Origin: Candidatus Cloacimonadales bacterium
Lineage (GTDB): Bacteria > Cloacimonadota > Cloacimonadia > Cloacimonadales > JAIOQZ01
NCBI GenBank assembly: GCA_963665815.1
Contig: OY762463.1
Location: 320,001-384,000 of the forward strand
Direction: 5' to 3'
DNA length: 64,000 bases
A program made the translations under genes and the position numbers. The notes below the pieces were generated by a model. It was not told the origin of the DNA. It saw only the letters and a program-made list of their open reading frames with translations, and ran no database searches. Below, piece by piece: positions 17,976 through 27,243 of the stretch; the stretch's first letter is position 1, and every line of letters starts with the position of its first letter.

Positions 17976-19085
17976 TGGCATTCTCTTGATCCGGCAGAGC
18001 AGTTTGACAGTCCGTATGTATATTGCGGTAACAATCCTGCAAACTTTGTAGAGCTGGACGGAGCAGAGTCCGCATATAACTACTATGTGCAGATGATACG
18101 CATAAAAGCTCAGTTGGTTTTACAGAAAATGGAATATGAGATTAGACTTGCAGAAGATCTTGCTAAATCACATATACCCATGTACTGTTGTCAAACCGGT
18201 CCTATGTTGGGTTGGTTTGAGGACATGGATGATGCAAGTGAGAAAGCGGAACAGGTAGCTGAGGAGGAGGATTCTGAAAGCATGAATGGAGCAGGCAGTG
18301 CTGAAACTCAAGAAGAACCTGTTGCTCCTCCACAAAGTGAAACACCATCTACAAGTGGTAATTCACCTGATAGTCAGGAAAGACAAGCTGATGAGGAAAT
18401 TAATCAAAAACAAAATGAGGTAATTGAAAATGACTCAGGAAATCTGCAGTTAGAAAACCCTGGGGAACAGGAGAATGGTTACTCCGGTGGTGGCGGAGGA
18501 GGTCCAATTACAATTGATATCTCTGCTTTGACTGAGGGAGATTCTCTGAGTAATGGTGCTATTTTATTTGAGTTAATAAAAGGATATGATGTAACTGAAG
18601 ATATTGACACTCCTGCAGCTCTAGAAGCAGCATTTCACAAGGAGGGGAAGAATAATCGTCATGCATCATACACTGCACCAGAAATTGATCTAAGTCTTGT
18701 AAAAGGATTCATAATTAGTAATTTAAAAGTACAACCAAATAGTGAACAAGATAATTCACATGATGCTATTACCTTCAAGAACTATCTCAATGCAATTGTC
18801 GTAATAGATCTTATACAAGGAAAGCAAATAAATCGAAAAATTTTTGATACTATTTTTGATAATGCGTTTAGTAGTATAGTTGATGGCATTTCGGGTGGTG
18901 CATCATATCTTCCAAGAAAGGCAGCATCTAGTGGAGCTACATTGTTAAAAACATCAAATGACTACAGGCAATTTCGAGAATATATACGTGAGGATATTAG
19001 TAATGGTTTAGATGTTCGTCACGGAAATATAGTTTTTTGGAACAGGCTATATTATGATTTTGATCGACGTAGAGAGAATAACTAG
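17940..19085 (+). CDS. Orphan Rhs toxin tip 3 with core tail, unknown toxin domain
   Basis: WHSLDPAEQFDSPYVYCGNNPANFVELDG Rhs terminus; shares ~65 aa after the junction with tips 1 and 2, then is unrelated; the TTG start lies inside the insertion. Confidence 0.8.
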   Translation: MGDSRLRLRALCWHSLDPAEQFDSPYVYCGNNPANFVELDGAESAYNYYVQMIRIKAQLVLQKMEYEIRLAEDLAKSHIPMYCCQTGPMLGWFEDMDDASEKAEQVAEEEDSESMNGAGSAETQEEPVAPPQSETPSTSGNSPDSQERQADEEINQKQNEVIENDSGNLQLENPGEQENGYSGGGGGGPITIDISALTEGDSLSNGAILFELIKGYDVTEDIDTPAALEAAFHKEGKNNRHASYTAPEIDLSLVKGFIISNLKVQPNSEQDNSHDAITFKNYLNAIVVIDLIQGKQINRKIFDTIFDNAFSSIVDGISGGASYLPRKAASSGATLLKTSNDYRQFREYIREDISNGLDVRHGNIVFWNRLYYDFDRRRENN

Positions 19086-19098
19086 TAAAGGAATAGAA

Positions 19099-20307
19099 AT
19101 GAGAAATATTAGATTAACGGGTATTGTTTTAATATACTTTATATTATGTAGTTTGCTTTCTTATGAAGGAGTAAGTAATGAAATATTAAGAAACAATGAA
19201 GAAAACTATATTGCAACGACCTTTGCTTTAGTAAAAAAACTTAACATCCCTCAAAGAAAAATAAAGTTTGCAATTAGTCACAAAAATAGTAAATTGATAG
19301 AATTTGCAAAGACTTGTAATGATACTCTAAAGGAAATACCTCTTGAAAAAAGTTTTGAACATACTGCTCAAAAGTATATGATGCATAGTATTATGCACAA
19401 TCCTATTGGCTGTATTAAAGACGCTGTCAAAGAGTTTTCTGAAGCTGAAAAAATGTACAATGAATACATAATCGAGTCTGAGTCAATAGCAGATAGCCTT
19501 GGTATTGAATTAACTGATAGTTTATATTTTGAGTACGCATTAGGATTAGTCAGTAGAGTAAAACATCTTGAGATTACCTATAATTACCTTTTCAGAAGCC
19601 TCCTTCTATGTGAACAATACGATATAATACTCGAAGAAATAGAGAAATTCAAAATAATTTTCCTCTCAGCAAGACTTTTAGAACCCGGAATCACACTGTC
19701 ATCAGATATTACTTATGCTGATAATTTCAACTATTATTTTGCATTGAAAGCTTATTGCTACGATAAGATAGGGGAAATTGATAAGTCAGATATGAACCTG
19801 AGAGAAACATATTTATTCTTTGAGCATCCATATATAAACTCAATTTTCTATTCCGAAGTCTTAGCAAGAATATTCATAGAGTGGGAGTTAGATTACATTG
19901 AACCTAAGGTTTTTATAGATAATTTTATTAACCACATTTATATAGTTGCTGGACCGGAATTCATGCTGAGAAGTCATTTTTTAAGGAAAATTCATCCTGA
20001 TAATTACCTGAATATAATTGAAAATGAGTTGGATGCACACTTTATAAGAGTAAATAAAAAAAAGAACAATGCTGAAAGAGAAGGTTACATTAATAACTTT
20101 GAAAGGATATTCATGCATCTGGCATTTCTGCATTACGAAAAAGGAAATAGTAGTGAAGCAATGCATTGGTTCAAGAGATCACTTACTGAGTATTCAACAT
20201 TTGATGGTGACTGGGATTACTGGCTAAGGTATCGATATTATGAGAAAGGTGAAAAAGAAGCTTTGCTGAAACTGAAAGAGCAGTATTTGAAAGAAAAAGG
20301 GAAATAA
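19099..20307 (+). CDS. Putative immunity protein 3, exported helical/TPR-like
   Basis: Start MRNIRLTG with a hydrophobic signal; TPR-like LAFLHYEKGNSSEAMHWFKRSL and KAYCYDKIGEIDKS; directly after tip 3. Confidence 0.6.
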   Translation: MRNIRLTGIVLIYFILCSLLSYEGVSNEILRNNEENYIATTFALVKKLNIPQRKIKFAISHKNSKLIEFAKTCNDTLKEIPLEKSFEHTAQKYMMHSIMHNPIGCIKDAVKEFSEAEKMYNEYIIESESIADSLGIELTDSLYFEYALGLVSRVKHLEITYNYLFRSLLLCEQYDIILEEIEKFKIIFLSARLLEPGITLSSDITYADNFNYYFALKAYCYDKIGEIDKSDMNLRETYLFFEHPYINSIFYSEVLARIFIEWELDYIEPKVFIDNFINHIYIVAGPEFMLRSHFLRKIHPDNYLNIIENELDAHFIRVNKKKNNAEREGYINNFERIFMHLAFLHYEKGNSSEAMHWFKRSLTEYSTFDGDWDYWLRYRYYEKGEKEALLKLKEQYLKEKGK

Positions 20308-20314
20308 ATTGATC

Positions 20315-20336
20315 AGCCTGCTCCGTGCAGGCTTTA
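20315..20336 (+). terminator. Rho-independent terminator, cassette-boundary copy 3
   Basis: AGCCTGC-TCCGT-GCAGGCT-TT. Confidence 0.75.
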
Positions 20337-20353
20337 TCTTCTCTAGGTTTTGA

Positions 20354-21577
20354 AAAAACAGAGAAATTATTGACGAACTCGATTTAGACTGGATATATTG
20401 GGGAAAACGGTTCCTTGACCCGCAAATAGGTAGGTGGCACTCTCTTGACCCGGCAGAGCAGTTTGACAGTCCGTATGTATATTGCGGTAACAATCCTGCA
20501 AACTTTGTAGAGCTGGACGGAGCAATCTCATTATCATATCATCAGGAGCAGTATGCTAAATTACAAAGTTTGTACCGGGGATTCAGGGGAATATACACTG
20601 ATAGTAATGGATGGAATGATGTTGCAGAGTTTGAGCAAATGATGGATAGAGAGATACAAGAGTCTGGGCACTGGTTGCTTTGGGTGACTGCTGGAAGAAG
20701 TGCAATAAAGGATAAGAAAAAGGGGAAAGCTGAGGATCAACAAAAAAAATGGGAAGTAGAAGATGTAAAAAAAGGTTTGGAAATAAAGAAGAAAAAAGAT
20801 GATAGAAAGAAGTTCATTTTAAGTATAGTCAATGCAATTGTAAATAATCCACTAACCAATGTTGCCAGTACTATCCTGCAAGGAGCTATTGATATTGTAG
20901 GCTTAGAAGGTATTCTTGGTGATAATGGAATTGTTTCTAATTTTATAAGTAATATGTTTCAGGATCAGCCTAAAATAGAAATTACTACAGTTAGTGATGG
21001 AATATACTACTCACCAAGAATGCACGACTGGATCAATGTTCCACAAGGATCTAGTATGCAGCACCCTATTCCTTCAATTCAAGCTCAACAGCAATATGGT
21101 AAAGACCATACCGATAGAATAAGTATGGAAATAGTTAATTATAGCGATTATTATGGTATCTGGGGTGAAAACCAGGAGCATTATGAAAGATTTGCTGTTG
21201 GAGTCGATGCAACATCATCAACAGTCAGTGTAGCTGCTTCCAGTATATCAATGCGCATTGCTTATTTGAGAGGAAGCAATAAGGGAATGTTAAGATATGG
21301 GCAATTAACTGCTGCACACCTATCGCTTGCTTTAATGAAATGGACTGCATGTGGAACTGGGCAAAAACCTATTGATATTCCTCACATTACTGAAGCTGAA
21401 TTAGCCTTGACTATTCCAGCTAAACTAAAATGGGATGTTGAAGATTATATCTTTGCAGGAGTAACTTACGGAGGGGTTACAATGACTAAAATTGTTTATA
21501 ACAATACTCACTACTATTACAGATTCAGTCAGGAAATGAGAAGAAAACTTCTTGGTAAAAAGAAAGTAATGAAGTGA
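20354..21577 (+). CDS. Orphan Rhs toxin tip 4 with uninterrupted core tail (no start codon); possibly membrane-active toxin
   Basis: Open frame from 20354: KNREIIDELDLDWIYWGKRFLDPQIGRWHSLDPAEQFDSPYVYCGNNPANFVELDG, continuing into ORF 20570-21577. Confidence 0.8.
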   Translation, partial: KNREIIDELDLDWIYWGKRFLDPQIGRWHSLDPAEQFDSPYVYCGNNPANFVELDGAISLSYHQEQYAKLQSLYRGFRGIYTDSNGWNDVAEFEQMMDREIQESGHWLLWVTAGRSAIKDKKKGKAEDQQKKWEVEDVKKGLEIKKKKDDRKKFILSIVNAIVNNPLTNVASTILQGAIDIVGLEGILGDNGIVSNFISNMFQDQPKIEITTVSDGIYYSPRMHDWINVPQGSSMQHPIPSIQAQQQYGKDHTDRISMEIVNYSDYYGIWGENQEHYERFAVGVDATSSTVSVAASSISMRIAYLRGSNKGMLRYGQLTAAHLSLALMKWTACGTGQKPIDIPHITEAELALTIPAKLKWDVEDYIFAGVTYGGVTMTKIVYNNTHYYYRFSQEMRRKLLGKKKVMK

Positions 21578-21595
21578 TAATTAAGGATAGCAATT

Positions 21596-22066
21596 GTGAC
21601 ATATAAAAAATTTATTGTATCTTTCCTTGCAAATTTGATTGATTATGCTTGCTTTACAATAGTTAAGTACTTAATTATATTTGATGACTTATATACAGTA
21701 ACAAGGCATATTAATGATAGACCATATCTTCAAGTATCATATATGATCTATCCGCTTCTTGTGTTCATTGTATCAATATTATTTAGACGGTTACCTTCCT
21801 TAGGTATTGGAGAATTAATTATGAGGATTAAAACTGAATATTCATATAATTGGAAAGATGTACTTATTTGGATAGCTGCAACATTGTTTATTTGTAATAT
21901 TATTGATATGATAATATTGAGTAAATTATTGTTAAAGATTATACTTTGTATTCCATTACTACGACTCACAAGAACATCTGCACATACAGGAACATCTTTT
22001 GGTACTGCATTGATTATTTTTCTTAAAAAGAAAAAAGGAGTTGGAATTATCCATGAAACTGAATAA
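21596..22066 (+). CDS. Putative membrane immunity protein (RDD-like)
   Basis: 3-4 hydrophobic segments; FLANLIDY and GIGELIMRIK resemble RDD family motifs; follows tip 4. Confidence 0.55.
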   Translation: MTYKKFIVSFLANLIDYACFTIVKYLIIFDDLYTVTRHINDRPYLQVSYMIYPLLVFIVSILFRRLPSLGIGELIMRIKTEYSYNWKDVLIWIAATLFICNIIDMIILSKLLLKIILCIPLLRLTRTSAHTGTSFGTALIIFLKKKKGVGIIHETE

Positions 22067-22784
22067 ACTTATTATGTTAGTATTCATGCTGGTAATGACT
22101 ATTGTTTGTCATTCTATTCCTGAAGAATATTTTGATAAATTAGTAACACTTGATAAGCAGTTAGCAGGAAGATACAGTTGCAAAATAAAATGTAAAGAGG
22201 GAATTGACTTTTTAAGTCAATTCCTTTCTGATGCCGGTATGAATGAAGATCAAGTAAAGAAATTCACAGAGAACATATATTGGCTCGTGACGTATGATAA
22301 TAAGAAACTTGTTGTAATTAACCCTAATCTTTCAAGAAGATTCAAAAAAATTCTTGAAATTAATCCATCTCCGGGATTAGCTGATTATGCTGATAAAGTT
22401 GAAGATATCATTGCTGCAGTAGGGAAAACACTAAACAGCATATTTATTTCAATAGATTATGAAGCTATTCAGAATTTTGGTACATCAGATGAAAAGAAAA
22501 CCGGATTGAATCTTGAGTTTTCCAAATCATTTTATGAGGAGAAAAGATTTATTAAATACAAAATGTCATATACATGTAAAAAGAAGGATGTTTACATTCC
22601 AACAGAAGTTGATTTTAGATCAAAGTTTGATAATACGGAAGCAGATTACAATTACAAGTACACATTCGGTAAACAGTTTGGAAAATATGTAATCAACTCA
22701 ATTATAAGTACACAGAAAGCTACATCAATGGGACAGACAACAACTGTCAATTTTCATTACAGAGTGTTTAACTGGAAATTTTGA
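22053..22784 (+). CDS. Hypothetical exported protein (possible orphan immunity protein)
   Basis: MKLNKLIMLVFML signal peptide after a GGAG; lies within the array. Confidence 0.6.
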   Translation: MKLNKLIMLVFMLVMTIVCHSIPEEYFDKLVTLDKQLAGRYSCKIKCKEGIDFLSQFLSDAGMNEDQVKKFTENIYWLVTYDNKKLVVINPNLSRRFKKILEINPSPGLADYADKVEDIIAAVGKTLNSIFISIDYEAIQNFGTSDEKKTGLNLEFSKSFYEEKRFIKYKMSYTCKKKDVYIPTEVDFRSKFDNTEADYNYKYTFGKQFGKYVINSIISTQKATSMGQTTTVNFHYRVFNWKF

Positions 22785-22860
22785 TTCTCAGCATTTATTA
22801 CTTTACAATCTGTAAAAATACATGTAAACATAAAAATTTTTATACCGAAAGAGAGAAACT

Positions 22861-23185
22861 TATGGATGTTTTTGGATCAATATTTTTGATTTTAACTATC
22901 TTATCTGCTTTGATTTACTGGATATTACTACTTAAAAATATTAAGTACTTCAATACAGTTCTTAAAAATGAAAGAGTTTTTGTCAGAACAAGAAGAATCT
23001 TGTCTGTCAGATGGTATCATTTTCTTACATCTAAAATTGTAAGTCTTGTTGCTGAGAATGTTGATAAGAATGAAAAACCCAAAGTACTTAAAGTGTTGAT
23101 TGCAGCGTCATTACATCAAGGTTTCAGGATTGTCTATTTGCTGTTTTTACTTGAAAAATATTTTCATATTTCTAAGCTACTTTAA
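22861..23185 (+). CDS. Small membrane protein (possible orphan immunity protein)
   Basis: MDVFGSIFLIL... with two hydrophobic segments. Confidence 0.5.
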
Positions 23186-23251
23186 AAACCTACATTATCC
23201 GTAAGTGAATACTATGTAAATAGATATTATGGAACTCAGAGCAGCAGCAGT

Positions 23252-23788
23252 ATGGGATGGACCAAAGGTGCCAGTTCATTTGTAAAATCAAGACTGTTCG
23301 AACCAGATGAACTCTCATATTCAAATACTATTGATAAAGATAATAACGGAGTTGTCATTCAGAAAGACAGAATTGGCAGACTTATATCCAAGACGACCTT
23401 CACCAGCGGAGCAATTCTTGAGAGAAGCTACATCTATGAAGAATATGAGCGTTTATGCGGAGAAATATCCCCTGCATTATCTCAGATTCTCAGTCTATCC
23501 GGTGCAACTGAAATTACACAGGCTCAGCAGGAAATGTATATGACTACATTCCGCTACGATGAGAAAAACAGACAGATAAGCAAAACTCTTCCCGGAAATC
23601 TGAGAATCGACGTTGTTTATGACCGTTACGGCAGAATAGTTCTGAAACAGGATAACAGACTGAGAGAAATGGATTACTGGTCATTCTCCAAGTATGATCA
23701 ATACGGCAGAACAATAACATTAAGGACATCTCAACTCTTGTTAGTAATCCTGAATTACTTTATGTATGGTTGGATAATAATAGAATAA
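23252..23788 (+). pseudogene. Internal Rhs/YD-repeat fragment
   Basis: KDRIGRLI, FRYDEKNRQISKTLPG, VYDRYGRIVLKQD, WSFSKYDQYGR YD-repeat motifs; truncated at both ends. Confidence 0.8.
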
Positions 23789-23967
23789 ATAGTGTTAAAC
23801 CATTGCTGAAATGCAAAAAACTGCTTGAAATTTGGGTAAACAACAATAAAAAATAAATTCGTACTATATACAGTAGTAAGCAATTCAAAATTAAAAGCTT
23901 ATTCTCAAACTGTAGAACATATTAGAAATTTTCTTTTCTATGAGTGGAATATCCAGTGATTTCTAAC

Positions 23968-23993
23968 GCCTGCCACGTGCAGGCTTTTCTTTT
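23968..23993 (+). terminator. Rho-independent terminator, cassette-boundary copy 4
   Basis: GCCTGC-CACGT-GCAGGC-TTTTCTTTT. Confidence 0.75.
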
Positions 23994-24008
23994 AATCAGA
24001 GGCAATGC

Positions 24009-24062
24009 AAAGAAATTATTGACGAAAAGTGGCTTTAACTAGATATATTGGGGAAAACGGTT
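24009..24062 (+). pseudogene. Degenerate fifth Rhs-core tail with no toxin
   Basis: AGAAATTATTGACGAA...GATATATTGGGGAAAACGGTT matches the other core tails. Confidence 0.75.
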
Positions 24063-24206
24063 TCAGGAAATAATTTTCATTTCTTGTCTTGAAATGACGT
24101 TCTATAATTTTCAAGAAAATTCTCATTTAAGTAGAATTATTTTAATTTACAAAAAACTTAAAATGAAATGATTTTAATAGTTTTGTGTTCTTAAAATGGA
24201 GGAACA

Positions 24207-25316
24207 ATGAAAAGAATCAATTATCCATTTTCAGCTATTGCCGGGCAGGATGAATTAATATTAGGTCTACTACTTAATGCTGTTAATCCCGGACTCGGTG
24301 GAATCTTGATTAAAGGAACAAAAGGTACAGGCAAGAGTACTGCCGTATACTCATTTGCAGATATTTTCCCGGAAAACAATGTGAATTCAGGCTGTAAGTT
24401 TCAGTGTAATCCTGATAAACCGGAAGAATGGTGTAATGATTGCAAAACAAGGCATGGATCAACCGAGTTTAGCACAGAATCAAAACCCGTAGAAATCGTT
24501 AACATCCCCATAAGTACTACAGAAGAAAACCTGCTTGGTACTGTAAACATCGAAAAACTTCTTAAAGAAGGGGAAATGGAATTTGTCCCCGGTATACTAT
24601 CTTATGCCCATCGAAACATTCTTTATATTGATGAGGTAAACCTGCTTTCAGACTATATCGTGGATGATATTCTTGATGTTGCAGCAACAGGGTGGAATCG
24701 CATTAAACGTGAAGGTTTCACAGTAGAGCATCCATCAAGATTTATTCTTATCGGTACAATGAATCCGGAAGAAGGCGAATTGAGACCGCAGATTCTGGAT
24801 AGATTCCCGCTTTCTGTAACGGTAAATTCTGTAAAAGATGCTGGGAAAAGATCAGAAATCATCCGAAGAAACATCATGTTCGAAAGTGACAGGGAAAAAT
24901 TTACAGCGGATTTTTCTGAGAGGAACAGACAGCTTCAGGCAACAATAAAGGTTGCACGGGGAATGCTGAATAAAGTCTGTACTGACCAGAAATATATAGA
25001 GCTGATTGTTAACTTATGCAGTAGTTTTGACGTTGATGGCCACAGAGCAGACATCGCTATATTGAAAACGGCACAATCACATGCTGCTCTCGAATTGAGG
25101 GTAAAAGTGGATGAAAGACATGTTCGTCAGGCTGCATTACTTGTACTGAGACATAGAACAAGGCAGGGTGGACTCAAAAAGCCTCTGACTGATGTTGAAA
25201 TAAATGAATTCTTTGATAATAATCTGATACAGGAAAGTGGCAATACATCCATCATTATAAACAAAGATATGGAAACTCCGGGAGGTGAGCTGCTTCAGCT
25301 TGAAAAAAAGTCTTAG
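24207..25316 (+). CDS. Mg/Co-chelatase ChlI-like AAA+ ATPase (N-terminal part of a frameshifted chlD-like gene)
   Basis: YPFSAIAGQ, GTKGTGKST Walker A, LYIDEVNLL, GTMNPEEGELRPQILDRF, VDGHRAD. Confidence 0.9.
   Translation: MKRINYPFSAIAGQDELILGLLLNAVNPGLGGILIKGTKGTGKSTAVYSFADIFPENNVNSGCKFQCNPDKPEEWCNDCKTRHGSTEFSTESKPVEIVNIPISTTEENLLGTVNIEKLLKEGEMEFVPGILSYAHRNILYIDEVNLLSDYIVDDILDVAATGWNRIKREGFTVEHPSRFILIGTMNPEEGELRPQILDRFPLSVTVNSVKDAGKRSEIIRRNIMFESDREKFTADFSERNRQLQATIKVARGMLNKVCTDQKYIELIVNLCSSFDVDGHRADIAILKTAQSHAALELRVKVDERHVRQAALLVLRHRTRQGGLKKPLTDVEINEFFDNNLIQESGNTSIIINKDMETPGGELLQLEKKS
25304..25310 (+). other. A_AAA_AAG -1 ribosomal frameshift site (candidate)
   Basis: In-frame GAA AAA AAG TCT TAG; the -1 frame is open into the vWA ORF. 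Confidence 0.75.
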
Positions 25317-25342
25317 AATATCTCAAACATCTTGTTTCCGAA

Positions 25343-26656
25343 TTGGATATTGGAATAGATTATGACGAGAATGTTGATGTTAAACGGAGAATTATCGATC
25401 TGCGTGAAAAACTCATCAAAGAGAGAGGACTGCCAAAGAACGAGAAACTTTTGTTACAACAAGCCGAGAGTATGTATAAACGGTATGTTGATAATAAAGC
25501 AGATGGAGAATATCTGAGGTTAATGCTGAGTCTTTTCAGTAATCCGGAGACAATGCTAAGTTTTGAAGAACCTGTTATTGGTGATGATGGTAGAAATCGA
25601 TCTGTCTTTGGTATGTTCAGAAAAATAACTCTCAACCATGCTCTTAGACAAATAATGGGACTTGTGAAAAATAGACAAGTAGATGATATCGACAGCAATT
25701 TACCTAAGTATAAAGGTGTTTTAGATAAAATCAATAAGGTTGCTGAGAAAAAGGGTTTTAACATCGAGCCGGGAGATTTATCACAAATCCGAATGAATCT
25801 GGCAAAAAGGAAATCAAGCAAATTCAGTAGCTCTAAAGATTTTTATGATTGCAGATCCAGAGTAATCAGATCACAATCCGGCATTAAGAACTCTAGAAAT
25901 CCGATAGTGTTCAAAGATACGATTCTTAAGAGTATTAAAACCGGAGATTACAACTTTGACAACCGGCAATTTTCAATAAAGTCGGACAATATAATGAGAA
26001 CAGTTTATGAGAGCCGGATAACCTATAATATTATGATTGTGCTTGATGTCAGTAATTCAATAAAGTGGGTGATACCTGTTCTTGAGAGAATAATTCCGAT
26101 GATGAGCAGTAAAGTGGCAAGTATTAAGGACAGAATCGGCCTTATAGGCTTCCAGAATGACATGGCAAGAGTTTATCACTATCCTACTCATAACTCCAGA
26201 TTGATTATTGGGTCAATTAACAGCATGAAGATAGAAGGAATGACTCCGATTGCTGATGGACTGAATCTAGCAGGACAGATTTTCGCTGAACCAGGATATA
26301 AGACTCAGGGATTTAAGAATATGATTGTTCTTATCTCAGACTGTTATCCTGAGCCAATTACCGGAAAGTATGAAAATATGTTGGACGAACCATCTTACAA
26401 GGCTGTGGAACAGTCTGTTAAACTTCTTGACACTAATAAGATCAGCCTTATGATTATTAATCCTGTTAAACCTGTTGGTAAAATCCAATGGGGGAAAAAA
26501 CTTGTTGAAAAGCTTCAGTTATATAAGAATGTAAAATACATAGAACTTGATACCAGATTTTCAAATTCAGTATTTGGTGAAGAAAAGGCATTGATAAAGG
26601 AATCAGAACTGCAGAAAGTTTGTGATTCCATGCTTGAAATTAAAATATCTCTTTGA
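25343..26656 (+). CDS. vWA-domain protein (C-terminal part of a ChlD-like fusion)
   Basis: VLDVSNSI MIDAS, DRIGLIGF, GMTPIADGL, IVLISD; in the -1 frame relative to the AAA ORF; TTG start with no RBS. Confidence 0.85.
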   Translation: MDIGIDYDENVDVKRRIIDLREKLIKERGLPKNEKLLLQQAESMYKRYVDNKADGEYLRLMLSLFSNPETMLSFEEPVIGDDGRNRSVFGMFRKITLNHALRQIMGLVKNRQVDDIDSNLPKYKGVLDKINKVAEKKGFNIEPGDLSQIRMNLAKRKSSKFSSSKDFYDCRSRVIRSQSGIKNSRNPIVFKDTILKSIKTGDYNFDNRQFSIKSDNIMRTVYESRITYNIMIVLDVSNSIKWVIPVLERIIPMMSSKVASIKDRIGLIGFQNDMARVYHYPTHNSRLIIGSINSMKIEGMTPIADGLNLAGQIFAEPGYKTQGFKNMIVLISDCYPEPITGKYENMLDEPSYKAVEQSVKLLDTNKISLMIINPVKPVGKIQWGKKLVEKLQLYKNVKYIELDTRFSNSVFGEEKALIKESELQKVCDSMLEIKISL

Positions 26657-26713
26657 GTGCCTATACTTAATTTCTTTAACTTTATACTGATAGCGCATGA
26701 ATAAGGAGTGAAA

Positions 26714-27016
26714 ATGACAGAGTTTACTGAAAACGTTATTGATATAATCAAGTCTATACCATCGGGTAAAGTTGCAACATATGGTCAAATCGCTTCAATA
26801 GCAGGCAGTTCAATGGCAGCCCGGCAAGTTGTCCGAATTCTGAGATCCTGTTCTGAGAAGCACAAACTTCCCTGGCATAGAGTAATAAACAGTAAGGGTG
26901 AAGTAGCAATAAAGGATCCGGAAGGAAATTTTATTCAGCAGAACTTACTGAGAGATGAAGGAGTTGATGTTATTAATGGTAAAGTGGATCTTAAGATTTT
27001 CAGGTGGAACGGTTGA
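26714..27016 (+). CDS. Alkyltransferase-like (MGMT/ATL, YbaZ-like) protein
   Basis: IPSGKVATYGQIA...AARQV; LPWHRVINSKG has W in place of the catalytic C. Confidence 0.9.
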   Translation: MTEFTENVIDIIKSIPSGKVATYGQIASIAGSSMAARQVVRILRSCSEKHKLPWHRVINSKGEVAIKDPEGNFIQQNLLRDEGVDVINGKVDLKIFRWNG

Positions 27017-27030
27017 TCGTATTATTCTTA

Positions 27031-27243
27031 TCATAACATTTTATTTTTCATTAACCTCATAATTTCGTCAAGTGCTTGGGTCGCTTCGGTAAACATTGGT
27101 GAGCATATAGGATAACAGTGTATCATTCTTTCTCCGATGATTAGGGTAGTATCTACACTTGCAGCTTTTACTTTTTCAGCATATCTTACTGCATCATCTC
27201 GTAATGTTTCATGGTTTCTGGTTGTAATTACTATTGGAAGTAA
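27031..27243 (-). pseudogene. C-terminal remnant of an HSL-family alpha/beta hydrolase (esterase)
   Basis: Manual translation LLPIVITTRNHETLRDDAVRYAEKVKAASVDTTLIIGERMIHCYP...MFTEATQALDEI; no start or N-terminal part. Confidence 0.7.

Larger units (their letters stand above)
17810..18043 (+). repeat. Cassette-boundary repeat (terminator + Rhs core tail), near-identical to 15109-15342
   Basis: Direct sequence comparison. Confidence 0.9.

Noticed and set aside
12825-23993. Hairpins as integron attC sites or CRISPR repeats
   Set aside because: No integrase or cas genes, no RYYYAAC/GTTRRRY ends, and no regular repeat-spacer periodicity
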